From Octopus vulgaris (lineage: Eukaryota): a stretch of 64,000 nucleotides of DNA. Positions within the stretch are counted from its first letter, which is position 1; each line of letters starts with the position of its first letter. Under the pieces are notes generated by a model. The model saw only the letters and a list, made by a program, of their open reading frames with translations. It made no database searches and was not told the origin of the DNA. The DNA lies in the NCBI GenBank assembly GCA_951406725.2, contig OX597836.1:26474001-26538000 (forward strand), written 5' to 3'. Shown here in pieces: positions 12,593 to 26,074 of the stretch. Made by a program: the position numbers and the translations under genes.

Positions 12593-12644
<52 letters not shown>

Positions 12645-12645
<1 letters not shown>

Positions 12646-12855
12646 CGGGAAGCTTTATGAAAATAAACAAAAGACGAAGGCAGGTGGAGTACAAACAAAC
12701 AATTGTATTAGTATGGCACTCAGGAATATAAATAAAACAAGTCTTTTACGTTTCGAGCCTACGCTCTTCAACAGAAAGATACACAGAAAAGAAACACGGA
12801 GAGAAACAAGGAGAGAAAAAAAATGCGTGCAGAAGCTAGCGATTCAACATGGCCA
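12645..12855 (-). mobile_element. Penelope-like (pseudo-LTR) fragment next to a (TA)n tract, carrying the hammerhead
   Basis: Same ~200-bp sequence recurs at 8612-8815 and 61208-61392; minimal hammerheads are an established feature of PLE pseudo-LTRs. Confidence 0.6.
12743..12778 (-). ncRNA. Minimal type I hammerhead ribozyme motif (Penelope-like), core variant CUGUUGA
   Basis: Minus strand reads CUUU-CUGUUGA-A-GAGC-GUAG-GCUC-GAAA-CG-U-A-AAAG: stem I CUUU/AAAG, stem II GAGC/GCUC, palindromic stem III ACGU. Confidence 0.65.
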
Positions 12856-13071
12856 TGTGTGTGCATGCATGCATGTGACAGTGAGGAAGTGTTCTACGGC
12901 CGAAGTCAAATAACAACAATGAAACTCATCATAACAGCATGCACAATTTGTTCCCAGACCAGACTGTAGCATCCCAATCATTTGTTTGGTTACCACCATA
13001 TTCCACCTCTTCAGAAAAACCAATAAAGCCGCAATCTCACAGGTCTACAGCTTCCTCTTTATAGCCTATAG

Positions 13072-13290
13072 AAGTGGTTTTCAACCAGGGTTCCGCGGAA
13101 CCTTAGGGTTCTGCCAGCACAGTCCAGGGGTTCCGCAAAAAGTTACAAAACTGCTAAAATCGGCAGTAATTTTTAGTTCTCCTATGCAGATATGTGTGCA
13201 TAAGACTATTAAATTATTGCACAGGGGTTCCTCGAGCCAGTGGAATGTTTCCTTGGGGTTCCGCTCCAGCAAAAAGTTTGAAAAGCACTG
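13072..13290. mobile_element. hAT (Charlie-like) MITE
   Basis: Perfect 8-bp TSD gcctatag; termini aAGTGGTTTTCAA / TTGAAAAGCACTG; internal GGGTTCC repeats. Confidence 0.85.
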
Positions 13291-13879
13291 GCCTATAGAC
13301 ACCAACCGACAGGCAGGGTATCAAACATATTCTTCTCTCTAGTCCAAGAGGACTTCCTCTTTCCCCTATACAGATAAATATGAATAGGACCTTTTATTCT
13401 GTGTGTCAGATAAGACTGGACTGTACTTAGTACTCATGGCCCTTATAAGTTCTTTCAAACTGAAGAATTTAATGTGGATAATGCTTGCCCTGGACAGACG
13501 TAGGTCAATGTTTGCAAGACAAAAAAGGAAAGGATTCCAGGCTGAATATTTCAAACCAGATCCTGATGAACTCTACTGAAGGTACAAAAGGATCATATGA
13601 TTAAATTAGGTGACAGTGTGACGGATCTATTCCCCAACCCACTAGAAGCACCAAAGGACCAGGTGGTTGTGTTACACCTACCAGCCAGAATTTTACTAAA
13701 GGTACCCAAGATGGCAGTGTCTTGTTGTGTGTTAGGCCAACCAAGGTAAACGCAATATCTGCATATTTTACACATAAGTGTAATTAACACTGACTTAATT
13801 TTCTAGGTTAATTAAAATGTAATTACAGTTAGCAAAACACATTTGCTTTGTTTCCTTCAGTCAACCCAGATTAAAACCA

Positions 13880-14345
13880 GGTAAAACACTCAACGGAAGG
13901 AAAAGCCAGTAGCACCAGTAGAGAGCTCTTTCAAATGCAGCCGCTGTATGCATGACTGCCACTCCCATGTGGCCCTATACAGCAACAGCAGACACTGAAC
14001 CTATTTCTTTACTACCCACAAGGGGCTATACACAGAGGGGACAAACAAGGACAGACAAATGGATTAAGTCGATTACATCAACCCCAGTGCGTAACTGGTA
14101 CTTAATTTATTGACCCCGAAAGGATGAAAGGCAAAGTCGACCTCAGCGGAATTTGAACTCAGAACGTAACGGCAGACGAAATACGTCTACGCATTTCGCC
14201 CGGCGTGCCAACGTTTCTGCCAGCTCGCCGCCTTGATTAGTCGGAATACTGAACCAGACACTGAACCACCATCAGCAGCTGACACAATTTCTTCGGGCGT
14301 AGATCCATGGTCTCTTGAAACCGACAGATGCTTACTACTAATAAA
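13880..14345 (+). mobile_element. RTE LINE 3' end split by a SINE
   Basis: FKCSRCMHDCHSHVALYSNSRH C2H2-like motif at 13929-13995; 3'UTR ccatggtctcttgaaaccgacagatgc with tactacta tail; gacactgaacc duplicated around the SINE. Confidence 0.6.
14002..14232 (-). mobile_element. tRNA-derived SINE family B, Meta-domain-like (others 5370-5560, 5577-5792, 10219-10432, 20712-20930, 30080-30306, 32692-32855, 38600-38805, 56106-56250, 61480-61665)
   Basis: Head ggcggcgagctggcagaaacgtt...gagttcaaattcc; central gaggtcgactttgcctttcatcctttcggggtc-ataaattaagtacc resembles the Meta/Sauria-SINE domain. Confidence 0.85.
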
Positions 14346-14565
14346 AATAAGTAACTACTTCTAGTTTATGGTTGGGTGGTGATGGTTAGTAAACTGCAAC
14401 TAGTGATTAATCTAGAAACTTTTGTCTACTCAGACAGGAACCACGATGTGGTTGAGTGAAAGGTGTTATGTGGGGTAACTAGTTGCAGGATACATTACAC
14501 TGGGTACCCCAGGGAATGGTTGGTGTTATGTAGAGTAAATAGCCACAAGACGTATTATATTGTTC

Positions 14566-14728
14566 AGTGGCTGTGTGGTAAGTAGCTTGCTAACCAACCA
14601 CATGGTTCCGGGTTCAGTCCCACTGCGTGGCATCTTGGGCAAGTGTCTTCTGCTATAGCCCTGGGCCGACCAATATCTTGTGAGTGGATTTGGTAGACGG
14701 AAACAGAAAGAAGCCTGTCGTATATATG

Positions 14729-14759
<31 letters not shown>

Positions 14760-14956
14760 TTGTCCCCCTAGCATTGCTTGACAACCGATGCTGGTGTGTT
14801 TACATCCCCGTCACTTAGCGGTTCAGCAAAAGAGACCGATAGAATAAGTACTGGGCTTACAAAGAATAAGTCCCGGGGTCGATTTGCTCGACTAAAGGCG
14901 GTGCTCCAGCATGGCCGCAGTCAAATGACTGAAACAAGTAAAAGAGTAAAAGAGTA
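14566..14956 (+). mobile_element. SINE family A, near full length (others 18569-18972+, 19680-19903+, 25230-25397-, 33243-33670+, 43553-43918+, 44990-45560-, 48214-48578+, 52573-53280 mixed)
   Basis: Same head, internal (TA)n(TG)n and tail repeated more than 10 times in the window. Confidence 0.9.
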
Positions 14957-16415
14957 ACCCAAGTTAACTTAGATATATAATAAATAACAGTGACTTATGT
15001 AGGGTAACTAACCACAATATACATTATACCAATGGCTACCTGACAACATTCACACATGATAATTAAGAGGTACAACTAGATATAGGAAAAAAGTATTATT
15101 CTGTTTGTCCTGGATGAACCTCATCAAAAAAAAGAAATAATAGGTAACCACTCCCATTTTCCAAATGAATGATTAAGGCTAATACAAGAAATTCCTCGAC
15201 TTCTACTTCATGGCTGAGTATGCAGGTAACAGTTTCAGGTAAAGGTTTCAGGTAACAGTCTCTAGCAACACAAAACATTTACTCACCTGCCTTCCATGAC
15301 CCTCCCTCAAAATTATCAGTACTTTCACTTCCTTGATATCACTAATGAGCTTACAGTTTTCTGAACCCTAAAACTAGGGGAGTTTTAAGGGCCAATCATA
15401 GCTTTGATTTGCTGGTATGAAGCAGATAGACGCTGTCTCAAATTCCTGTCTGTCACACTATTTTGTGTCAGTCATTAGAATGGAGCATTGCCTTGATGAA
15501 TTCTAGTCAATCATATTAACCCCCATCTACTTACTTTTATAAGTTTGGTACTTACTTTATCAATCTTTTTTACCAAACTGCTAAGTTGCAGAACATGGTC
15601 ACAGAGCACTGTTTTTCAAACAAAGGATAGACTTAGAAACCAACAGAAAAACACACACACATAAAGCCTGTTGAATATCTATATCCCACCTGTAAGGTGG
15701 AGGGCCAGCAGGACCATTAGCACCCTGGGTAAAATGCTGCAAAGCATTTCATTCAGCTTTATGTTTTGAGTTCAAATTCTGCTAAGGTTAACTTTGCCTT
15801 TCATTTTTTCGGGGTCGACTTTGCATTTCATCCTTGTGCCTTCACAAAAGAAAAAAGATTATGAATTTTATAACTTAGGGAGGAATTTTTTTCCTTTTTG
15901 GTTAAGAAGCTCAATGACAGGTATAGACATGTTTCAGTCTTACTTGAGCTCATCAACATAATATGAACTTTGCTAACATTGGTGGCTTTGATCAATCAAC
16001 AGAAGATCTCTGTGAGCAGAAGAAAGAATTACGTAGTAACCTAGATTAGAAACCGGAGCCATTCCATCTCTATGACTTAGTGACTAGTTGATGACACCTA
16101 TGTAGGTTATATTTAATTAGTAAAATGAGAATACAAATGTCAAGCTATGTTAAACGAGTATTTCAGGTAGGTGTAATAAAATGCTCTGCAGAAAACAGCT
16201 GTGACCATGGAGGTGAGATAATCTATACACACACACACACACATACCCATTCCATCTTGGGAAACTTATCTATTTTAAATATGTGTATATATGTATATAT
16301 ATATATCATCATCATTATATATATATATATATATATATAATGTAATGTATGTATGCATATATATATATATATGTATAATGTAATGTATGTATGCATATAT
16401 ATATATATATGTATA

Positions 16416-16453
<38 letters not shown>

Positions 16454-16486
16454 AATGTGTGTGTATATATATATATAGATAGATAA

Positions 16487-16537
<51 letters not shown>

Positions 16538-16554
16538 GATAGATAGATGGATAA

Positions 16555-16605
<51 letters not shown>

Positions 16606-16891
16606 TACTAGTATTATAACCTGATTTCATTCGGGTCTATTTGGGCCACATTTTAAAGATGAAGAATTTTGCTCTTGAGGCCACGGCTTTCAGTTGAGCA
16701 AACTCAAAGTTGCCATGCAAACTCCCCAGCACTTTTAACATGGGTGTGCAAATTTTCAGGTCAATCCGACCACATTTACTAACACTTTTGCCTGCACAAC
16801 TGCTTGTGAGACAACGTCCACCCTTTTCACAAATAAATAGTAGATAGATACATATATAATGTATGTATATATGTATGTAGGTATGTATGTA

Positions 16892-16938
<47 letters not shown>

Positions 16939-17190
16939 ATATATGTATATACATATATAATTCGAAGAGAGTTAGAGGTCGCGAATCCAACCAAGGGATA
17001 ATATCTATCCAATATACTGCTGGTAGAAACTGCTCTTCTCTCCCTATTCTTGAAATTACTGGTACTTTACACATGTATGTATATTCTCAGGGTTGTTTAA
17101 AATAAATAAATAGATACAATATAATGTCTAACAGCTGATGAATACTACTTCTGGATTCCTTCCATTTTCTTCTTGCCATAATATATATAT

Positions 17191-17239
<49 letters not shown>

Positions 17240-18216
17240 TACATACATACATATATATACAACATGATAATGATTTTTTTAAGTGGAACACCAGCTATCG
17301 AGACAACTCCCTATCATTATATAAATATGAATAAAAACAAATCTAAAATCGAAATTTGTTTTAACAAAGTTAAAAGTAGGTTATATCGGTAAACTTCTAT
17401 GTTTTAGAAAGGAGAAGGAGAGGAGGGGGAGATGTATTACAAGAGGTGTTGGAGGTGGAGGTGGGACAAAATGTTGAAGTTTCAACATGCTTTGGAAGAG
17501 TTGTGTGACTGTTAATCAAACAGACAGGCCTATTATCAAAAACATTCATAATGAAGGTACTAGGAATGATGGTACTAGAAACGATGGTACTAGAAAAGAA
17601 GGTACAACCACAAACGGCACAACAACTAAACTTGAGTTCCAGTTTATTGCTTGATTTTAATGGAATCCATTCTTATTATATTTTCATTTTTATTTCCTCA
17701 AAATTGGTCTGCAACTAGAATCTTCAAAGTAAGAATATTTTCAAATTGTTCAAAAAAAAAAAATCCTTATATAATACTTCCAAATGTTGTTAACAGACCA
17801 GAATGTCACATCAGGCATTTCTGTATTTTCTTAGAGTGCAGAAAGACTCAAAAACTGATGAAATTCTTCATGTCCCAAATTTCATATTTGAACATTAAAA
17901 AGCTTTGAAATGAATTTACAAAAAGCTGCTGAAAAGTTCTTGGCTTTAAAGGTATTGCGAAAGGCCTGGTTGGAAGCCCAACCTTCTGAGAATTTTTAGC
18001 AGGGCTTATAAAAACTGAAGGACTGCTGCAATGAGCAGGGAGGATCATAATTAACTGATCCTCCTATATTTTCTTTTGCCCAAAGCCAGGAACTTTCAGC
18101 ACACCTTAATCAAATGCACAATAATTTTCGAAGTGGAAAACTCATTAAACTTGAAATATAAATCTAACATATAAAATTAGTCACTTTTAAACTTCTTCCT
18201 GTCTCACAAGAAAAAA

Positions 18217-18311
18217 ATCTTGGTTTCAAAGAATTACAAAATTTCCACAAAAATAAACTATAAATCTTGGTTTCAAAGAATTACAAAATTTCCACAAAAA
18301 TAAACTATAAA
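18217..18311. repeat. Tandem duplication of ~46 bp
   Basis: aatcttggtttcaaagaattacaaaatttccacaaaaataaactataa x2. Confidence 0.85.
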
Positions 18312-20399
18312 AGTGATTCTGTTTAATATCATTTACCAACCAGCAAACTTCAGGGCAGAACTGCGAGCAATGAAATGTTTTTGTTGTTCAGTTCACACAA
18401 CTGACTAAACCAAGCAATCAGTCATTTAGAGTAGTGATCCTCAATATTTTTTGTTCACCAGAGTGGTTTCATGTAAAACAATTTTTCCACAGCTCAGACC
18501 AAAGGGCCACATGTATAATAAAGCACAATAAAGTGCATAATATATAATTTAATTATTACATATATAATAGTAGCTTGCTAACGAACCACATGGTTCCGGG
18601 TTCAGTCCCACTGCGTGGCACCTTGAGCAAGTGTCTTCTACTATAGCCTCGGCCCGAACAAAGCCTTGTGAGTAGATTTGGTAGATGGAAACTGAAAGAA
18701 GCTCATCATATATATGTAAATATATATATATATATATATATGCATGTGTGTGTATATGTTTGTGTATCTGTGTTTGTCCCCTGAACATCGCTTGGCAACC
18801 GATGCTGGTGTGTTTACGTCCCCGTAACTTAGCGGTTCGGCAAGAGAGACAAATAGAACAAGTACTAGGCTTACAGAAAATAAGTCCTATGGTCGATTTG
18901 CTCAACTAAAGGTGGTGCCCCAGCATGGCCGCAGTCAAATGACTGAAACAAATAAAAGAATAAAAAAGAATAACATTTGGAATATTAACAGAATTTTGGT
19001 AGCAGAAGGTTTTTAATTTTGGTCACTTTAAAATGGAATTTGCTTCAAAGAACTAGGCGTGGCCACAGGTGGGTTGGTTTCAGAAGGGTTAAAACAATTC
19101 TTTTTTTACATTTATGACCAAATGTCTGGCAGTTAAGTCTTGAACTATTTTCTCTTCTCTTATAAGCCAAACGTGAGCTAATGGTAAAGTTTAATCCCTG
19201 TGTAGATGACAGGAAGGTTAGGGCATTCGGCTCATGATCGTAAGGTTGTGAGTTTGATTCCCGGCGACGCGTTGTGTCCTTGAGCAAGACACTTTATTTC
19301 ACGTTGCTCCAGAACGGTCTTGTCGAATGAATTTGAACCATCAATGTTTTGGATTGAATATCCCTATATGTAATAATTAAATTATACAGGAGTGTCTGTG
19401 GAATGCTCAGCCATTTGCATGTTAATTTCACGAGCAAGCTGTTCCGTTGATCGTATCAGCTGAGACCCTCGTCGTCGTAACCGGCGGAGTCTTTAATTCC
19501 TGTGTAGATGACAGGAAGGTCAGAGTCCTGAGTATAACAAAACAAAAGGAAATCAGGATGCCACCATGAAAAACAGCTGCTTGTTTTTGAATGAAAATAA
19601 TTTATTGAGAACGGTCTTGTCGAATGAATTTGAACCATCAATGTTTTAGATTGAATATCCCTATATGTAATAATTAAATGTGTATGTGTGTGTGTTTGTG
19701 TGTGTGTGTTTGTCCCCCTAGCATTGCTTGACAACCAATGCTGGTGTGTTTACGTCCCCGTCACTTAGCGGTTCGGCAAAAGAGACCGATAGAATAAGTA
19801 CTGGGCTTACAAAGAATAAGTCCCGGGGTCGATTTGCTCGACTAAAGGCGGTGCTCCAGCATGGCCGCAGTCAAATGACTAAAACAAGTAAAAGAGTAAA
19901 GAGTACTACTACTGCACTCCAAGTCAAAAATTATACAAAAACTGAGCTGACCCAAGCAATTGAACTATACAAAGCATGTGTCATTACAAAAAGCATGAAT
20001 ATGCTCTTACTGGGAGGCTCCTCCACTCACTTTTGTAAATTGCTTTATAAACTTGACTCATTTCTCATTACTAAGTGACCCGCCTTTCAACAAGACACAA
20101 CAGCAGAGTTGATTCACCCTGCTGCAGTCAAAACTGTGCAGTCCTTGGAATATCACAGAACGCATCTTCCACAACCTTGCACGTTTTCTCCATTGATCAT
20201 TTGCATTTCTGCACAAAAGCATTTTATTGATTAGGTTCATCGACTGATTGTACAACACAGTACATCAGAACATTACCATTAGCTGATAAGATCGATTCTT
20301 CACCAGTACAATGTGACTTTCTAGATTTGGCAGTCAGTACCAAAGTTTTTTTTTTGGGGGGGGGGAAGACTCATGTAACCCTTCAATTTAATTTTATTG

Positions 20400-20666
20400 A
20401 TGCAGATAAAAACAAACCCAACAATGTTGGCTGTTTGTAAAATTGGCCTCAAAGTGCCAGAAAATAAAATAAATCGTCTTGTCAGCAAGATGTTTTTTTG
20501 TCTTTTTTGGCAAGTACTTTTCCAATCTTAAAAGTTTCAAAGATAAGATTCTTTTGAAAGAAATTGGTAGTAAATCAGACACATTGGTAATGGCATCTTT
20601 GTAGATGATGTAAAAAAAAAACTGTTCAATGCTATAGTGCCGACATTTTTTCTTTGGTTCTGCCAT
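20400..20666 (-). pseudogene. Decayed hAT (Buster/Charlie-type) transposase N-terminus
   Basis: MAEPKKKCRHYSIE...KHLADK resembles the BED-finger start of these transposases; frameshifted and degenerate. Confidence 0.5.
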
Positions 20667-21543
20667 AAAAACTATATTATAATGGATATATTATTATTAT
20701 TATTATTAAGAAGGCAGTGATCTGGCAGAATCGTTAGCACACCAGGTAAAATGCTTAGCGGCAGTTTGTCCGTCTTTATGTTCTGAGTTCAAATTCTGCC
20801 GAGATCCACTTTGCCTTTCGTCCTTTCAGGGTTGGTAAAATAGATACCAGTTGAGTTCTGGGGTCGATGTAATCAACTTGCTCCCCTCACCAAAAATTTT
20901 AGGCCTTGTGCTTATCGTACAAAGAATTATTATCATTATTATTGAAGTGACAAACAGGCAAAATCATTAGCACACTTGATGAAATGCTTAGCAGTATTTT
21001 GCCCATCGCTACGTTCTGAGTTCAAATTCCACCATGGTCATCCTTTCGAGGTCGATAAATTAAGTACCAGGGAAACACTGGGGTCCATGTAATTGGCGGC
21101 AGTGGTGACGGTGGCGTCTCCTAAGTCAAGGAGATAAAATAAGTGCCAGTTGAGCACCAGAGTTGATGTAATTAATTAGACCCCTTCCCCAAAATTTCAG
21201 GCCCTGCACCTATAGTAAAAAGGTTTACTCTTACTATTTGCTTTGTTTTACACTGTTTATTAAATAAGATTATGTCACTATTGTGCAGAATGCAGTTTTA
21301 CAAACAATTACTAATTGCATTCTTTGCCCCCTGCTCCCTTCACCATCTCTTACCTTTCATCATCTCCCCTCATCAACCCCTAGTCTTCCAATCCTCTCAT
21401 GCAACTCCTTACATTCGCAAATGCCCCTCTTGATTCTTCCCTGTCCTCAAGGTGTGGTGGCACCCACTTTAGAAATCACTGTTGTAAAAGAGACAACTCA
21501 ATTAATTAGCAGAACCTGTGGTATTTCATTTAGATATATTAAT

Positions 21544-21677
21544 TAGATGAGACTCGTCATTTTAGCTGGGACTCGTCATTTTAGCTGAGGCTCGTCATTT
21601 TAGCTGGGACTCGTCATTTTAGCTGAGACTCGTCATTTTAGCTGGGGCTCATCATTTTAGCTGGGACTCATCATTTT
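21544..21677. repeat. 19-bp minisatellite, ~7 copies
   Basis: gactcgtcattttagctg(g/a) at 19-nt spacing. Confidence 0.9.
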
Positions 21678-23125
21678 TTGGACCATTTTTACATTTTAGG
21701 ATGAAATTTTTCCAGAAAATTTTGTTTTTAAAAATCTGCTGCTCAAATACTTGCAAATTTACATAGTAAATACACCTTTTCCTCGACTTACTGACAGGTC
21801 GTAAGTCAATCTGCATTGCTAGATGCTGCCATAGTTATACAGACAGCTACCCAACGTCTGAAAATCGATTTTTTATCTATTTATCTAAGTCCTTATTTCT
21901 TGTGGTGATAAAGTGCAGATCGTTGTAAGTTGCATGGGTCCTAAGTCAAGGAGAATGTGTAACACATTTGATTTGTTTATGGAATTGAGAAATTTGGTGG
22001 GAGAATATGATACCCGATGTGTTTCATTACATTTTGTTTTGATGTTTGATTTTCCATGCTTGCAGAAGGCTTGACAAAGAAACACATTTTCAACAGCCAT
22101 TTTCCCTTCCTGTTACCAACCCTCACCTTTTGTTTCTAAGCTTGATCTCTCAAACAACAAACTGCCCAGGCATACTTTTGTTGAGAACTGCAAAGTAATG
22201 AAACTATTTGTATAAAAGGCCATGTTTTGTTTACAAACTGTGTGTACATGTCAAGACAAAGATAATATATACACAGTGACACACACACACACCCACACAC
22301 ATTAAATCACAAATTAAAAGCAGCCCTAGTAATGCAAATGCTATCGGTCACACATACATAGAGTGTGTTTTGTTTATACGCCAAATTTGCTGCAGGATAG
22401 TGTCTGGGAAAAGTTCCCCAAACAATGCCAAGTGTTATAGAACACCTGAATGCCATAGGCCAGGCAAGACAACTTGCCTTGGAATAACTGAGAACAGCAG
22501 ATATCAATATTTTGCTATCATTGTGGCTTATCAACATCATGTACCCAGATGGGCCCCTTCTATTTTCTCAGTACCAAATTTCACTCGGCTCATATGTCAT
22601 TGGCCACCTTACATCAACCGACAGCATCCACAGAGTGAGACAAAACCCCTAAGAATTTATGCATCACGTTTTTAAAATACAAGGATTTAAAATCATAAAA
22701 ATCCCTTTTTTGCCAGATTGCAGGGTTTTTTTTTTTTTGTTATGGCAGATTTTGCATCGTTTAGGGTAAATTATGGTAATTCCAGAATGCAAACATGTGG
22801 CCTTGTATTGTCATTAAAAGTTTGATGAGTTATTATAGAGGAGACACTTGGCCACCCTAAAGCCACTGGTTGTAATAGTTTTACTCTCATTACCTCGAAT
22901 AACTTATATAACCTGGTTATACTATTCTGATACCCACCCCCTAAGTTGCCCCCCTCAAGTACAGCTTCTTTAAGAACTTATACTTATGCATTTGTGCATA
23001 TATTTATTTCTAAATACTTGTCATTGACTTGCTCTGGGTTTACATAACTTTGGGACCATTGGCTACCTCCATGTGTACACACACACACACACAGGTGTAT
23101 GTAGGTGTGTGTGTGTGTGTGTGTT

Positions 23126-23179
<54 letters not shown>

Positions 23180-24733
23180 CCTTTAAAGGTATATATGATT
23201 AACTACATAATCTGATGTGTCCTCTATTTATAACAATTGGATGTAATCTGAGAATTTGGCTGCTATTGCTAGCAGATCAGATGATCAGGTAGAGGGTCCT
23301 TCGTTGGCTCAGGTGACTGTGGGTCTTCATATCTGACATACCTTAATACACAAGCCTTGTGTACTCATCGCAAACTTTCGTGCCATGTGTCTGCTCAAAC
23401 ACAATTGATCAATACAGTTCAATAACTTGAATAAGTAGTAATGGTGGAAAGGAGGTAGAATGATTAAGAGTGGTGGTGAGAGGACTGAATACTGACTCAA
23501 TGTTATTGATCATTAAACAGGTGGTGTGGCAGAGTGGATAAGAAACAAGATAAGTGATAGAGGAGTGGTCCCATGTAGCTGACTCCTCAAAAAAAACGGT
23601 TCCCCAAGCCTAGTTTACTCTGTACAACACTTCTATCTGCTCCCTTCCCTTTTCTATATATCAAGCACAACCATTTCCCTCACAGTTGCAGGATCCTATA
23701 TTCTTTCTTATTAACTAAAATCTTAATCATTAATCTTTAATCTGTCCTATTAAAACTTTAAGTATTTGTTAAGATTATTTTGAGGACACCCAATTCTTGG
23801 TTTCATTTTCATGTTTGGAAATTGCCTAAATCTTTTGACAGATTCGTCCAGAAGAACCAGGTCGTTAGCATGCCAAATTTACCATTGTCACCTAGTCTTT
23901 CCTTCCTCTGTTATGATCTGGAAGTTCAATAATAAACAGCAACAAAGTGAGAACTGAGCCTTGATGGATTTCTATTTACACCCCAAATTCCCTCCTGAAC
24001 TTGTTACTGACTCTAAAACCATGCACTGGGATCTGTCATTTATTGACAGCAATCCACAGCATACTTAGATTATTGGGCCCTAAGACCTATGAGGCCCCTG
24101 GGCAAATCAATGCACTAGGTCCTATAGTATCTAATTATAAACAGCAAACCTCAGCATACCAATATCATAACTGGGCCCTTTGACCCAAGAAGCCCCAGGG
24201 CAACCACCAAGTGTGCCTGTACTCATGCCTTAAGGTGGCACTGGCTGACTCCCACCTTACTGACTGCACTCATCAATATGTATCTTAATGTTGTAAGCAG
24301 AGGTTTACTCCTAGCTAAAATTATTTCTTCTGAAGTCATCTCACAAGGAAGATAACATTGTTATACCTCCTTCTGACACGAAGCCAAACTGCATCTCATC
24401 TAAGTTAATTCTGTTCACAATCAATAGTACTGTAGCTCTTTTAACTACTATAACCTGGTTATACTATTCTGATACCCACCCCCTAAAGTTGCCCCTCTCA
24501 AGTACAGTTTCTTTATACTTATGCATTTGTGCATATATTTATTTCTAAATACTTGTCATTGACTTGTTCTGGGTTTACATAACTTTGGGACCATTGGCTG
24601 CCCCATAAAACTTAAAGCAATTGAAAATTTATTGCACTCTTCCACTCCCCAAAATACCTATCCATGTGTACACACACACACAAGTGTATGTAGGTGTGTG
24701 TGTGTGTGTGTGTGTGTGTGATGCATGTGTGTA

Positions 24734-24767
<34 letters not shown>

Positions 24768-24769
24768 AA

Positions 24770-25095
24770 GGAGCACTCTGTCCTCTGTCAGTTACAACAA
24801 TGAGGGTCCCAGCTGATACGATCAAAGGAACAGCTTACTCGTTAAATTAATGTGCAAGTGGCTTAGCATTTCACAGACACATGTACCCTTAACATAGTTC
24901 TCAGAGAGATTCAGCATGACACAGAATGTGACAAGCTTGGCCCTTTTTGAAATACAGGTACTACTCATTTTTGCCAGCTGAGTGGACTGGAGCAACGTGA
25001 AATAAAATGTCTTGCTCAAGGACACAAAGCATTGCCGGGAATTGAACTCACAACTTTACGATCGTGAGCAGAATGCCCTAACCACTAAGCCACAC
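24770..25095 (-). mobile_element. tRNA-derived SINE family C (interrupted copy at 19216-19491+)
   Basis: Head gtggcttagtggttagggcatt...gagttcaattccc, CORE-like gtgtccttgagcaagac. Confidence 0.75.
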
Positions 25096-25394
25096 TTATA
25101 TATACACATGCACAAATGTCTATACAGATGTATATAAAAAAAGTGTATATTCAAAAGGTAATTTTTTATATATATCTGCACAGACTTTCTCACTGGTGAT
25201 GCCTTTCCCAATAAATATATACATATATATATATGACAGGCTTCTTTCAGTTTCCGTCTACCAAATCCACTCACAAAGCTTTGGTTAGCCTGAGGCTACA
25301 GTAGAAGACACTTGCCGAAAGTCCCACGCAGTGGGACCGAATCCGGAACCATGTGGTTGGTAAGCAAGCTACTTACCTCACAGCCACTCCTGTG

Positions 25395-25438
<44 letters not shown>

Positions 25439-26041
25439 GTATGTATTAAGTATGTATGCATGTATATTGATATAGCAATATATGTATACATCATCATCAT
25501 CATTTAACATTCACCTCCCATGCTGGCATGGATGGGACAGTTACACAAGAGCCGGCCAGGCAGAAGCCAGCAGCAGACTTCTGTGACTGTTTTGGCAGGA
25601 TTTTTACAGCTGGATGCCCTTCCTAACACCAACTATGCAGCAGAGTGGACTTGGTGCTTTTTACGTGGCACAAGCACAGGGGAGGTCAGTTTTGGCAAGG
25701 TTTTTACAGCTGGATGCCCCTCTGAACACCAGCCACTTTACAGTGTGGACTGGCTGCTTTTAAGTGACATCTGCACTGACAGGGTCACCAAGTACATGCA
25801 AGACAAAAAAAATACATATAGAAATATACATATATATACGTGTGTGTGTGTGTGTGTAAGCCATTTCGGATAGAAATAGTCAAAGGTTCAAAAGTTACCT
25901 GTAGGACATGAATCTACATCTCTTGTAGAGGAGCAATACCTTCAACATTTTCTATCCAAAGGATTTTTAACCTGGTGTTTACATGCTATTATTCACACCA
26001 TTATGTGCTTCAAGATCCACTGTTTCAAAATATAATCATAA

Positions 26042-26073
<32 letters not shown>

Positions 26074-26074
<1 letters not shown>

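Noticed and set aside
14905-14945. SINE A tail hairpin followed by GAAAC..GTA, resembling the 3' half of a hammerhead
   Set aside because: No CUGANGA core 5' of the hairpin
17130-17180. CTGATGA in a PLE-like fragment (also at 13563 and in the Helitrons at 29567 and 63714)
   Set aside because: No stem II plus GAAA/UH follows; at best a truncated relic
21544-21677. Regular short repeats resembling a CRISPR array (also 2462-2920 and 9600-9975)
   Set aside because: No unique spacers, no cas genes, eukaryotic context
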